NCBI GenBank assembly: GCA_041654095.1
Contig: JBAZED010000003.1
Coordinates: 4,089 to 68,088 of the forward strand
DNA: 64,000 bases
Origin: Bacilli bacterium
Lineage (GTDB): Bacteria; Bacillota_I; Bacilli_A; RFN20; CAG-826
Reading direction: 5' to 3'
A program made the position numbers and the translations under genes. The notes beneath the pieces are model-generated. The model worked only from the letters and a program-made list of their open reading frames with translations, searched no databases and was not told the origin of the DNA. Each line of letters begins with the position of its first letter. Positions within the stretch are counted from its first letter, which is position 1. This document shows, one piece after another, positions 1 to 8,934 of the stretch.

Positions 1-616
1 CAGCGGCTCGACCGCGGCGACTATTGCCTTTTTTGACTAAGTCAAGAGTTGTTTGATCGTTCGTATAAGCGTGGACGGTCGTCATATATCCGCCCTTGAT
101 CCCAAATTTATCGACGAGAACTTTGCAAACGGGCGCCAAGCAGTTGGTCGTGCAAGAAGCGCCGGAGATGACAGTCATATCCTTGGTCAATTTGCCTTCG
201 TTAACCCCATAGACAAAAGTCGGAGTTTCTTTATCAGCCGGAGCGGAGATGACGACGCCTTTGGCTCCACCTTCAGTGATGTGAACCGAGGCATCGGCTT
301 TACCTTTGAAACGACCGGTGCACTCGAGGACGAGTTCCGCGCCGTAATCCGACCACTTAATCAGTTTGGGATCAGGCTGCCCGAGGACGGGAATAGCTTT
401 GCCCTTGTAAACAATGGCGTTTTTCTCGACGTCGACGGTGATGTCATCGACACCGAAACGCTTGTGAGCAGTATCGTATTTAAGAAGATAGGCTAATGAA
501 GCAGCATCCGCCAAATCATTGATGGCGACGACTTCGAAATCACCAGTCTCATAAGCCCTTCTAAAGGTGAGACGGCCGATTCTTCCGAATCCATTTATAG
601 CGACTTTAATTGACAT
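1..616 (-). CDS. gap: glyceraldehyde-3-phosphate dehydrogenase, N-terminal ~205 aa (the 3' end of the gene lies beyond the window start)
   Basis: Absent from the ORF track because it runs off the edge. Hand translation from the ATG at 614-616 gives MSIKVAINGFGRIGRLTFRRA...VISGASCTTNCLAPV...HAYTNDQ. This shows the NAD-binding GFGRIG motif and the catalytic SCTTNC motif. AGGAGG RBS at 625-630. Confidence 0.9.
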   Translation of the reverse strand, partial: MSIKVAINGFGRIGRLTFRRAYETGDFEVVAINDLADAASLAYLLKYDTAHKRFGVDDITVDVEKNAIVYKGKAIPVLGQPDPKLIKWSDYGAELVLECTGRFKGKADASVHITEGGAKGVVISAPADKETPTFVYGVNEGKLTKDMTVISGASCTTNCLAPVCKVLVDKFGIKGGYMTTVHAYTNDQTTLDLVKKGNSRRGRAA

Positions 617-686
617 ATATATGTCCTCCTTTTTCTACCGCGTTTATTATATAGGAAATCCGCCCTTTATTTAAGCAAAAAGAATT

Positions 687-700
687 TGTAAGCGTTTACG
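687..700. promoter_or_regulatory. cre-like (CcpA-type) palindrome upstream of gap
   Basis: TGTAAGCGTTTACG matches the Firmicute cre consensus TGWAANCGNTNWCA at 13 of 14 positions in either orientation. It lies in the 125-nt spacer between the XRE gene and gap. Confidence 0.3.
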
Positions 701-741
701 AATTTGAAATGCGACGGCAAAAATGTAAATAAAACTGAGTT

Positions 742-969
742 TTATATGAAGGGGAACGATGTGATTCCCTTGAAAAGATTTTCAAGGCTGACCTCAAAGG
801 CGAAGGCAACTTTTTCGAGCACCTTCAAAGAGGGATTGCGCCGGCCATTTTCCAAATCCGATAAATAGTTACGGTTGAGATTGGCGCGAAAGGCTAACTC
901 CTCTTGATTCCAGCCGCGGAGTTTGCGGAGGGTGGCGATTTTCTTGCCCAACTGCAGGTTAGTCTTCAT
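742..969 (-). CDS. small XRE/Cro-C1-type helix-turn-helix transcriptional regulator (75 aa)
   Basis: LGKKIATLRKLRGWNQEELAFRANLNRNYLSDLENGRRNPSLKVLEKVAFAF is a typical HTH_3 pattern. The ATG at 967-969 overlaps the whiA stop by 11 nt. Confidence 0.8.
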   Translation of the reverse strand: MKTNLQLGKKIATLRKLRGWNQEELAFRANLNRNYLSDLENGRRNPSLKVLEKVAFAFEVSLENLFKGITSFPFI

Positions 970-1924
970 TTTTTTCGCCTCGATAGCGGCGCGCTAAGAC
1001 ATTCAAGGCCCGAAAGAGATGATTGACGTTCGACTTGGTGACAACTTCTCCCATTTTATCGCCCATCAAGGCCGCCAACTCATCCATCGTCGCGTCTTCG
1101 TTTTGGAGGCGCAAACGGGCGAGTATCTTCTGCTTTTCGTTGGCGAGGTGCTCAATTCCCAATATTTCATCAATCGCTTTAATGTCGGCAAGTTGCCGAT
1201 GCGAAGAATTCATCGTCTTGGTGTAATTGGCCGTATCGAGATTTTGCAGGCGGTTGCCGATGTTGGCGAATTCGCGGTCGATGCGCGTGTTTTCAAATTC
1301 GAGCGAAGCATCGGTCGCACCCATCAAAATCAAGAAATCGGCAATTTGATCAGACTTCTTCAAATAGACGACGAACGAATCGCGCCGCTTGATGACCTTG
1401 GGATGAAAACTCCCCCCTTTATATTTCTCGATCAGTTTCAAAAACCATTTGGCGTAGTTTTCGTCGTTGAGCGAGATCTCGAAATGGTAATTGGAGCTGC
1501 GCGGGCTATTGACCGATCCCGAAGCTAGAAAAGCCCCGCCGAGATAACCGCCGATCATGTCGTCATTATAGACGATGTTCTTGGCGATTTTTCCTTCGAG
1601 GAACGATATTTCCAAATCGCCCATGATGTACTCGGCTTCTTGATCGATGATGACGTTATAAGTCGTGCGCTTTTTAAACTTCATCGATTTTTCATAGGAA
1701 AAGCGAATGTTGATCCCATAGATTCTCTGGATGATCAAATAGATGAATTTGGCGATTTTGGCGTTCTCGGTTTGCAAAAGAATCGCGACGTGGCGATTCT
1801 TGATTTCCATCCGACCGTTAACTTTGATGAAGGCCGCGACGAGTGAGCGCAGCCGTTCTTCGCTAAATGGTTTGGTGACTATTTCTTCTTTTACACGGCG
1901 CGTAAAAGAAATCGTCGGTCTCAC
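959..1924 (-). CDS. whiA: sporulation/cell-division regulator WhiA
   Basis: 321 aa. The N-terminus SFTRRVKEEI resembles WhiA, followed by a LAGLIDADG-like middle region and a C-terminal HTH. The GTG start overlaps the rapZ stop (GTGA). The rapZ-whiA synteny is conserved. Confidence 0.85.
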   Translation of the reverse strand: MRPTISFTRRVKEEIVTKPFSEERLRSLVAAFIKVNGRMEIKNRHVAILLQTENAKIAKFIYLIIQRIYGINIRFSYEKSMKFKKRTTYNVIIDQEAEYIMGDLEISFLEGKIAKNIVYNDDMIGGYLGGAFLASGSVNSPRSSNYHFEISLNDENYAKWFLKLIEKYKGGSFHPKVIKRRDSFVVYLKKSDQIADFLILMGATDASLEFENTRIDREFANIGNRLQNLDTANYTKTMNSSHRQLADIKAIDEILGIEHLANEKQKILARLRLQNEDATMDELAALMGDKMGEVVTKSNVNHLFRALNVLARRYRGEKNED

Positions 1925-2787
1925 TTTTTAAATTTCCCAATATCGCGGTGCAAGCACAAAGTCCGGTATTTATTCGCGTATTTTTTAGCTAGGTAATCGG
2001 CGATGACGACCGAGCGATGTTGACCGCCGCTGCAGCCGATGCCGACGAGAAAGAAGTTCCGATCTTCTTCTTTGACTTTGGCGAGGTAGTAATCGAGGTA
2101 TTTCTCAATATTTTTAATTAGCTCTTGGGCTTCTTTATCTTCGAGAACGAATTTCTTGACGGGTTCGTCTTCTCCGGTCATATCCTTCAGTTCGGAAACC
2201 CAATAAGGATTGGGGATGATGCGCGTATCGAACATGATTTCGATATCGAGCGGAATACCGTGCTTAAATCCGAAGGAAACAAAACTGACAGTCAAATTGC
2301 CGCTTTCCATCCCTTGGATGTTCGTAAAGATGAACTTGCGAAGTTCCGTGGCTGTCTTACTGGTCGTGTCGATATACATATCGACATCCTTTTTTAAACC
2401 ATCCATGATGCGGCGATCGCGAGTGATCGACTCCGCTAGGGATAGACCATGAGCTTGGGCGGGGTGAATGTGCCTCGTTAAACGAAAGCGCGTCAATAGT
2501 TCTGACTCGGAAGTATCCAAGCCTAAAAAGACGACGCGGAAGTGAGCGTTCTCGCGAGCCTTTTGAGCGGCTTTGAGCGCCTCATCAATAGCCACGACGA
2601 CGACGGTTCGACGGTAGCGAACCATATCGTCTTCAAAGGCTTTAAAAAGCTTCGAAATAACTGAGAGAGGGACGTTCTCAACGATGTAGTAGTCCATCTC
2701 TTCGAAGGCGCGAACGGCGGTTGATTTGCCGGCTCCAGAGACGCCGGTCAGGATAATTAGGTCAATCATAAAAATACTTTCTAACAT
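1921..2787 (-). CDS. rapZ: RNase adapter / nucleotide-binding protein RapZ (YvcJ)
   Basis: Walker A GVSGAGKST lies near the N-terminus and the C-terminal IGCSGGQHRSV motif is present. The start may instead be the ATG at 2767-2769 (MIDLIILTG). Confidence 0.85.
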   Translation of the reverse strand: MLESIFMIDLIILTGVSGAGKSTAVRAFEEMDYYIVENVPLSVISKLFKAFEDDMVRYRRTVVVVAIDEALKAAQKARENAHFRVVFLGLDTSESELLTRFRLTRHIHPAQAHGLSLAESITRDRRIMDGLKKDVDMYIDTTSKTATELRKFIFTNIQGMESGNLTVSFVSFGFKHGIPLDIEIMFDTRIIPNPYWVSELKDMTGEDEPVKKFVLEDKEAQELIKNIEKYLDYYLAKVKEEDRNFFLVGIGCSGGQHRSVVIADYLAKKYANKYRTLCLHRDIGKFKK

Positions 2788-2844
2788 CTATATTAGCACA
2801 CGAATCTTATAAGAAGATGCAAATAGCACCGAAAATTGCCGGTA

Positions 2845-2873
2845 TTAAAAAAGCGATGCCGTGGCGACATCGC
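2845..2873 (-). terminator. rho-independent terminator after trxB
   Basis: Minus strand reads GCGATG-tcgccacgg-CATCGC followed by TTTTTTAATA. It lies 20 nt after the trxB stop. Confidence 0.7.
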
Positions 2874-2893
2874 CTCGATAATATCCGATTTTT

Positions 2894-3814
2894 TCAGCGC
2901 TTGGCTTTGATGTAGCGAATGGCGCTAGCCGCCGCGATGCAGCCGTCGCCGGCCGCGGTCACGAGCTGCCGCAATTTTTTATCGGTCGTGTCGCCGGCCG
3001 CCAGCAAACCAGGAACATTTGTTTCCATGTCTTTATTGACGACGAGATAACCATTTTTCGTCTCGACTTTTAAATTGGCGAGAAACTCAGTCAAGGTCTT
3101 CTGCCCAATATAGGGAAAGACGGCATTGACTTTAATTTCTTTCTCGTCGTTCGACGCCGCGCTTTTGACGATGATCGCTTCGACGTGTTCAGACCCGATG
3201 ATCTTGGTGACATCGCTTTCAGCAATGAGTGCAATATTCGAACGGGAAAAAACATTCGCCAGTTTGTCGGATTCAATTCTCACCTGTGGGACACGGCTGA
3301 TTAAATAGACGGTTTTGGCGATGCCCGAAAGATAGATTGCTTCATCGAGGGCCGTATCGAGATAGCCGACGACCGCCACCTCTTTATTGCGATATAAAGG
3401 CCCATCGCATGTCGCGCAGTACGAGACGCCGCGATTCAGCAACTCTTTCTCGCCGGGGATACCGAGTTGCTTCTCGATTGTGCCTGTGGCGATAATGACG
3501 ACTTTGGCACGAATCATCTGCTCCTCGGTCTGGACTAAAAAGAGATCGTCTTGCTTGGTGACATTGACGACGTTGCCATATTCGAGTTCGATGCCATTGC
3601 TATTGGCTTGTTCCATCAGCTTATATGCTAATTCAGGGCCGCTGATCGACTCGAAGCCCGGATAATTGTAGATATCGCCGAGCTTGGCGAGTTTGCCGCC
3701 GAAGACGTTGCGGTCGATGGCCATGACGCTCAGATTGCTGCGCTTGAGATAAAGCCCGGCCGTTAATCCGGCGATTCCACCGCCGACGATGGCGACGTCA
3801 ATTTGTCTTTCCAT
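2894..3814 (-). CDS. trxB: thioredoxin-disulfide reductase
   Basis: FAD motif VAIVGGGIAGLTAG, redox-active CATCDG, and NADPH motif VAVVGY. I moved the start to the ATG at 3812-3814 (MERQIDVAIVGGG). It overlaps the ppaX stop by 17 nt. Confidence 0.9.
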   Translation of the reverse strand: MERQIDVAIVGGGIAGLTAGLYLKRSNLSVMAIDRNVFGGKLAKLGDIYNYPGFESISGPELAYKLMEQANSNGIELEYGNVVNVTKQDDLFLVQTEEQMIRAKVVIIATGTIEKQLGIPGEKELLNRGVSYCATCDGPLYRNKEVAVVGYLDTALDEAIYLSGIAKTVYLISRVPQVRIESDKLANVFSRSNIALIAESDVTKIIGSEHVEAIIVKSAASNDEKEIKVNAVFPYIGQKTLTEFLANLKVETKNGYLVVNKDMETNVPGLLAAGDTTDKKLRQLVTAAGDGCIAAASAIRYIKAKR

Positions 3815-4448
3815 TGTTGATCTCCTCAAAAAAATCCATATATGAGTCAAGATAGAAATCTGGTTTCATATTAGCGGGTATTTCGCGCGGTGTCCAGGTT
3901 ACCAAAGCGATGTCGACTCCGGCATTCCGCGCCGTGAGATAATCTGTGGCCGTATCGCCGACGTACAGCACTTCGCCCTTGTCGGCGATGCCAAAATATT
4001 CCATCGCCTTAAAGATGCCTTCGGGATTTGGCTTTGGCGTTTGGACATCATTGTTAGTGACCATTAAATCGAAAACGCCTTCGAGATTCGTGAGTTTTAA
4101 GGTGTACTCCGATGGATAGCGATGCTTCGAAGTTACGATCCCCGTCTTGATGCCGCTTTCGCGCAAGGCGATGACCAAATCGCGGACATAAGGAAAAGCT
4201 TTGACGTGCTGATCATAGTTGGGAATTGATAGGCGGCGAAATTCGCTAAATGCGAAGTCTGGTGTCAGATCGGGAAACTCCCGCGCCAAAGTATCGAAAA
4301 TCGGCGGACCCGAGAAAGTCAACATGTAATCGATCGTCGGCATATAGTCAGGGCGATACTTGCGATAGAGTTCGATGAAAGTGGCAATGATCATTCCATC
4401 GGTGTCGGCAATCGTGCCATCCATATCGAAGAGGACGAGTTTATACAT
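3798..4448 (-). CDS. ppaX: HAD-superfamily pyrophosphatase PpaX-like
   Basis: HAD motif I LFDMDGT, motif II VTSK, motif III/IV GDTATD. The C-terminal KPDFYLDSYMDFF resembles B. subtilis PpaX. The lgt-ppaX synteny matches Bacillus. Confidence 0.7.
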   Translation of the reverse strand: MYKLVLFDMDGTIADTDGMIIATFIELYRKYRPDYMPTIDYMLTFSGPPIFDTLAREFPDLTPDFAFSEFRRLSIPNYDQHVKAFPYVRDLVIALRESGIKTGIVTSKHRYPSEYTLKLTNLEGVFDLMVTNNDVQTPKPNPEGIFKAMEYFGIADKGEVLYVGDTATDYLTARNAGVDIALVTWTPREIPANMKPDFYLDSYMDFFEEINNGKTN

Positions 4449-4453
4449 ATCAA

Positions 4454-5743
4454 TTACACCGTCTCATAAGTTCGGGGCTCGAGACCTTTTTTCTTGCGGA
4501 GGTAATCGTAGAGGTGGAAGGCGACGATTCCCAGCACGCCGATACCGATCAGGACGAACGACGAAAACCAAGACTGGCCATATTCAAAATTGGTGTCGCG
4601 CAAAGGTTCCATAATTGCTCTCGTCGCGCCATACCAAATTAAATACCCCATCGCTAAATCACCGAGCGACAGCCATTTTCGCAAACCTTTGCCCACGGCA
4701 TAAGCGATGATGAAATAACCGGCCAAATTGGTGGCGGACTCGATTAAGAAGAGGGGGAGATATATATTGCCGGGATCGGCTGGTCCGCTCGTCGAGCTAA
4801 ACGCTAAATTGTTGGTCAGAATTGAGGGGAGAAAGTTCCAAGCGGCAGCGCTGACTTGATCGCCGTGGACTTCGATATTAAAGAAATTTCCCCAGCGACC
4901 AATGGCTTGTGCAATCAAAATTGCCGGGACGATAATATCCATCGCCCATCGGATATTGACGTATTTGCGTCGCACGAGCATGAAGGTGACGCCGGCGACG
5001 ATGCCCAGAATCGCTCCGCCCATGATTGCCAATCCGCCATCCCATACTTTCAAAACAGACAAAAAGCTATCGGCGTAGCGATCGAATTCCAAAACATAGC
5101 AATACCAGAGGCGGGCCCCGACGAGACCGGCCGGAAAGGCGACGTAAAATGTTGAGTCGATGATGCCGTGCCGCTTAAATTTCTTATAGAAGAAGTGGTC
5201 GCTCAGGAAGTAGACAATAACCGCGCCGCTGACGATTAAAATACCATAAAAAGCCACGGCAAATTGGGCTGTATCTCCCGGAAAAACAAGTCCTTCCGTG
5301 AACGAGATGCGGTTGGCGAGGGGATAGACGAGATGGCTGGCGATACCTTCGCTCGCCAAACCTAAGAAGAAGATGACGAGGGGAATTGAAGCATACATGA
5401 CGATGCGAACAATTTTGAGCAGCGAAACATCGAGATTTGGTTTGTAAAAATTTAGACCAAAGGCAGCATAGAGCGAGGCAAAACTCAGACCAAAGATAAA
5501 ACTGCCGACCAAGGACATGACATATTCACCACCGCTTAACGGCCAGCCGCGGCTCAGAATCAGACCCAACATCGCCAATAGCGAGAACAGGGCTGCACCG
5601 CCAATCGAAGTACCGAGTTTGATATAATCTTGACGAAGGATGACGTTTGCTTCATTTTTGACGACGATCTTGCGGAGCGCGGTGTGCAGATAAACAAAAG
5701 ACGCCGCGACGAGAATCAAGCTTATATACAATAATGTTTCCAT
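4454..5743 (-). CDS. lgt: prolipoprotein diacylglyceryl transferase with ~150-aa N-terminal multi-TM extension
   Basis: Lgt signature AQAIGRWGNFFNIEVHG, plus the conserved GARLWY and DGGLAIMGGAILG segments. At 429 aa it is longer than the usual ~280 aa. Confidence 0.85.
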   Translation of the reverse strand: METLLYISLILVAASFVYLHTALRKIVVKNEANVILRQDYIKLGTSIGGAALFSLLAMLGLILSRGWPLSGGEYVMSLVGSFIFGLSFASLYAAFGLNFYKPNLDVSLLKIVRIVMYASIPLVIFFLGLASEGIASHLVYPLANRISFTEGLVFPGDTAQFAVAFYGILIVSGAVIVYFLSDHFFYKKFKRHGIIDSTFYVAFPAGLVGARLWYCYVLEFDRYADSFLSVLKVWDGGLAIMGGAILGIVAGVTFMLVRRKYVNIRWAMDIIVPAILIAQAIGRWGNFFNIEVHGDQVSAAAWNFLPSILTNNLAFSSTSGPADPGNIYLPLFLIESATNLAGYFIIAYAVGKGLRKWLSLGDLAMGYLIWYGATRAIMEPLRDTNFEYGQSWFSSFVLIGIGVLGIVAFHLYDYLRKKKGLEPRTYETV

Positions 5744-5749
5744 GATAAT

Positions 5750-8629
5750 TTACCTGTTTGTAAGAATAGCATTGTCGGTACTATCCAACAACTTTCTTTT
5801 TTCCCCTTCAAATAATTTTTGAAGATATAAGCCGGTGTATGATTCTTGACAGGCGGCCACATGCTCCGGCGTGCCGGTGACTAAAATCCGCCCTCCGGCG
5901 TCTCCCCCATCTTTTCCGATGTCGATGATATGATCGGCGACCTTGATGACGTCGAGATTGTGCTCGATGACCAAAACCGTATCTCCATTCTCGACTATTT
6001 TCTGCAAGACTTCGATTAAGCGTTTGACATCATCGGTATGCAAGCCGGTTGTCGGTTCGTCGAGGATATACAAGGTCTTTCCCGTCGGACGGCGTTGCAG
6101 TTCAAAGGCGAGTTTAATGCGCTGGGCTTCACCGCCGCTCAACGTCGTAGCTTGTTGTCCTAACTTAATATAGCCTAACCCGACATCAAATAAAGTCTGT
6201 AACTTGTGGCGGATCTTCGGGCGATTTTCAAAGAATGACAAAGAGTCTTCCACCGTCATTTCCAGGACTTCATAAATATTCTTACCTTTATAGGTAACTT
6301 GGAGGGTCTCTTCATTATAGCGCTTGCCATTGCACTGATCGCAGCGGACATAGACATCCGGCAAGAAGTTCATCGGAATGCGAGTCACGCCGGCTCCCTG
6401 ACAGTTTTCGCAGCGGCCGCCGATGACGTTAAACGAGAAACGACCTTTATCAAAGCCGCGGGCGCGTGCCTCAATTGTCTCTGCGAACAAAGAGCGAATA
6501 TCATCAAAGACTTTCGTGTAGGTCGCCGGATTGCTGCGCGGCGTCCGACCGATCGGCTCCTGCGAGACGTTGACGACTTTATCGATGTTCTCGAGACCTA
6601 ATATATCATCGTGCTCACCCGGAAAATTGTCGGCTCCCGTCAAGCGATGCTCAATCGCCCGATAGAGGGTTTGGGTGACGAGCGAAGACTTGCCGCTTCC
6701 GGAAACGCCGGTGACGGCGATGAATTTTCCTAAAGGAAACTCGACATTGATGTTCTTTAAATTATTGCAGCGCGCCCCTTTGACGGTCACGAATCGCCCA
6801 TTGCCGCTTCTCCGCTTCGCCGGAATGTCAATTCTCTTGCGACCGGCGAGATAATCGCCGGTAATCGATTCTTTTGTCTTCATGATATCGGTCAAAGTGC
6901 CTTGGGCGACGATGTAGCCGCCGTGAATTCCGGCGCCCGGGCCGATATCGACGATGTGGTCGGCCGAGCGGATCGTCTCTTCATCGTGCTCAACGACGAT
7001 CAGCGAATTGCCTAAATCGCGCATCGATTTAAGCGTCGTCAGCAACTTGGCATTATCTTTTTGATGGAGGCCGATACTCGGCTCATCAAGGACGTATAAT
7101 ACTCCGGACAGGCGACTTCCGATCTGCGTCGCCAAGCGAATGCGCTGCGCTTCACCGCCGCTCAAGGTCATCGACATGCGCGACAAGGTCAGATAGTCGA
7201 GGCCGACATCGCTTAAAAACTGGGCCCGATTGCGAATCTCTTTGAGAATCAGCTGGGCGATTTCTTTTTCCGTCGAATTCAAGACGACATCAAGTTCACC
7301 GAGATAATTGAGCAGTTTTTTTATCGGAAGTTGCGTCACCTCATAAATATTGAGTTTGTTGATGCGAACGGCCAAGACTTGGCTATTCAAACGCGCTCCA
7401 TGGCACTCCGTGCACTCGCTGTCGCGCATGTAAATCTCGTAATAATCGCGCATCATCGAACTATTGGTGTCGAGGTAGAGGCGGTCGATTTTCGTTTTAA
7501 TACCCTCAATAAATCCGGAGCGATGGTTTTTATTGCCGCTAATCGAAGTAATTACATATGTAAAAGGCTTATCGCTTCCGAAGAAGATGATCTGCTTTTG
7601 ATAATCGCTCAAGGATTTAAAAGGAACATTGAGGTCGATGTTATATTGTTCGCACAAAAACTTGAATTCCTGCCAATCGATATTCTTGCTGTAGACGACG
7701 TTTTTATAGTAGCGGATGGCGCCTTGCATGATGGACAGGTTATCGTTCGGGACTAAGAGATCAAAAGCTGCTTCGCGATTAATACCTAATCCTTTGCATT
7801 TCGGGCAGTATCCGAGCGGAGCGTTAAAGGAGAAGAGGCGCGGCTCTAATTTGGGAATCGAAAAGCCGCAGTATTTACAGCTGTGATGTTGGCTGAGGAG
7901 TCTCTCCTCGGCATCCGTCAGCAAAATGACATAACCATGCGACCAGTCCAAAGCGAGTTCGATGGCGTCAAAGACGCGCGTCCGAATATCGCTATTGACC
8001 ACTAAGCGATCGATGACGATATCGATATTGTGGCGCTTATTCTTTTCGAGCTCGGGCACCTCATCGATACGCAGCATCTGACTATCGACGCGCAAGCGTT
8101 CAAAACCTTGTTGCCGAATCTTGCTAAGGGTCTCCGCCTGCGTTCCTTTTTCGTTGCGGACAAGGGGCGATAGAATTTGCAGTCTCGTCCCTTCTCCCAA
8201 AGCCATGGCGATATCAACCATTTTCGATGGCGAAAAAGAGACGATTGGCTCGTTGTGGGTCGGACAATAAGGCACGCCGATGCGAGCGAAGAGCAGGCGT
8301 AGATAATCATATATTTCGGTGACGGTACCAACCGTTGAGCGCGGATTGTGAGAAGTTGTTTTTTGATCGATCGAGATGGCCGGCGATAATCCTTCGATCG
8401 AGTCGACGTCTGGTTTGTCGACGTTGCCGAGAAATTGGCGAGCGTAACTCGAAAGGCTTTCGACGTAGCGCCTCTGACCTTCGCTATATATCGTATCAAA
8501 GGCGAGGGTCGTCTTACCGCTTCCGGAAAGACCCGTAAAGACGACGAGCGCATTTTTCGGGATTTCTAAATCGATGTTCTTCAGGTTGTTTTCGCGAGCA
8601 CCTTTGATATAGATCGTGTTTCGTTCCAT
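5750..8629 (-). CDS. uvrA: excinuclease ABC subunit A
   Basis: Two ABC modules ([23 protein letters not shown], twice LSGGEAQRI) plus zinc-finger CxxC pairs. The start is set at the ATG at 8627-8629 ([14 protein letters not shown]). The track's TTG at 8641 is an alternative. Confidence 0.95.
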   Translation of the reverse strand: MERNTIYIKGARENNLKNIDLEIPKNALVVFTGLSGSGKTTLAFDTIYSEGQRRYVESLSSYARQFLGNVDKPDVDSIEGLSPAISIDQKTTSHNPRSTVGTVTEIYDYLRLLFARIGVPYCPTHNEPIVSFSPSKMVDIAMALGEGTRLQILSPLVRNEKGTQAETLSKIRQQGFERLRVDSQMLRIDEVPELEKNKRHNIDIVIDRLVVNSDIRTRVFDAIELALDWSHGYVILLTDAEERLLSQHHSCKYCGFSIPKLEPRLFSFNAPLGYCPKCKGLGINREAAFDLLVPNDNLSIMQGAIRYYKNVVYSKNIDWQEFKFLCEQYNIDLNVPFKSLSDYQKQIIFFGSDKPFTYVITSISGNKNHRSGFIEGIKTKIDRLYLDTNSSMMRDYYEIYMRDSECTECHGARLNSQVLAVRINKLNIYEVTQLPIKKLLNYLGELDVVLNSTEKEIAQLILKEIRNRAQFLSDVGLDYLTLSRMSMTLSGGEAQRIRLATQIGSRLSGVLYVLDEPSIGLHQKDNAKLLTTLKSMRDLGNSLIVVEHDEETIRSADHIVDIGPGAGIHGGYIVAQGTLTDIMKTKESITGDYLAGRKRIDIPAKRRSGNGRFVTVKGARCNNLKNINVEFPLGKFIAVTGVSGSGKSSLVTQTLYRAIEHRLTGADNFPGEHDDILGLENIDKVVNVSQEPIGRTPRSNPATYTKVFDDIRSLFAETIEARARGFDKGRFSFNVIGGRCENCQGAGVTRIPMNFLPDVYVRCDQCNGKRYNEETLQVTYKGKNIYEVLEMTVEDSLSFFENRPKIRHKLQTLFDVGLGYIKLGQQATTLSGGEAQRIKLAFELQRRPTGKTLYILDEPTTGLHTDDVKRLIEVLQKIVENGDTVLVIEHNLDVIKVADHIIDIGKDGGDAGGRILVTGTPEHVAACQESYTGLYLQKLFEGEKRKLLDSTDNAILTNR

Positions 8630-8778
8630 GGGCGACCTCAAAATAATATTGTAACATCAACAGCTCATTCATTCTATGAAGACACTACATATCTCCATAA
8701 ATATTTCCTAGAAAAACAAGGAACTATTATGATGGAAAAAGAAGATGGATGGATTATAATAATATTTGCTTTACATGG

Positions 8779-8855
<77 letters not shown>

Positions 8856-8878
8856 TTTTTTTATTTTGAAAAGATAAG

Positions 8879-8913
8879 AAAACCCGACGAATTGCATGAT
8901 TCATCGGGTTTTT
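8879..8913. terminator. bidirectional terminator between convergent tRNA-Pro and PFOR
   Basis: CCCGACGAA-ttgcatga-TTCATCGGG (9-bp stem, one mismatch). It is flanked by an A-run on the left and a T-run on the right, so it can work in both orientations. Confidence 0.65.
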
Positions 8914-8934
8914 GCGTCGTTTTAAGCGGAATTT

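Noticed and set aside
53-496. 147-aa plus-strand ORF at the window start
   Set aside because: It lies antisense to a clear gap (GAPDH) reading frame that the track missed because it runs off the edge. It has no RBS and no recognizable motifs.
8630-8778. LexA/Cheo box (CGAAC-N4-GTTCG) upstream of uvrA
   Set aside because: No match was seen in the spacer. Only an extended -10-like TGTTACAAT (8648-8656) is present.
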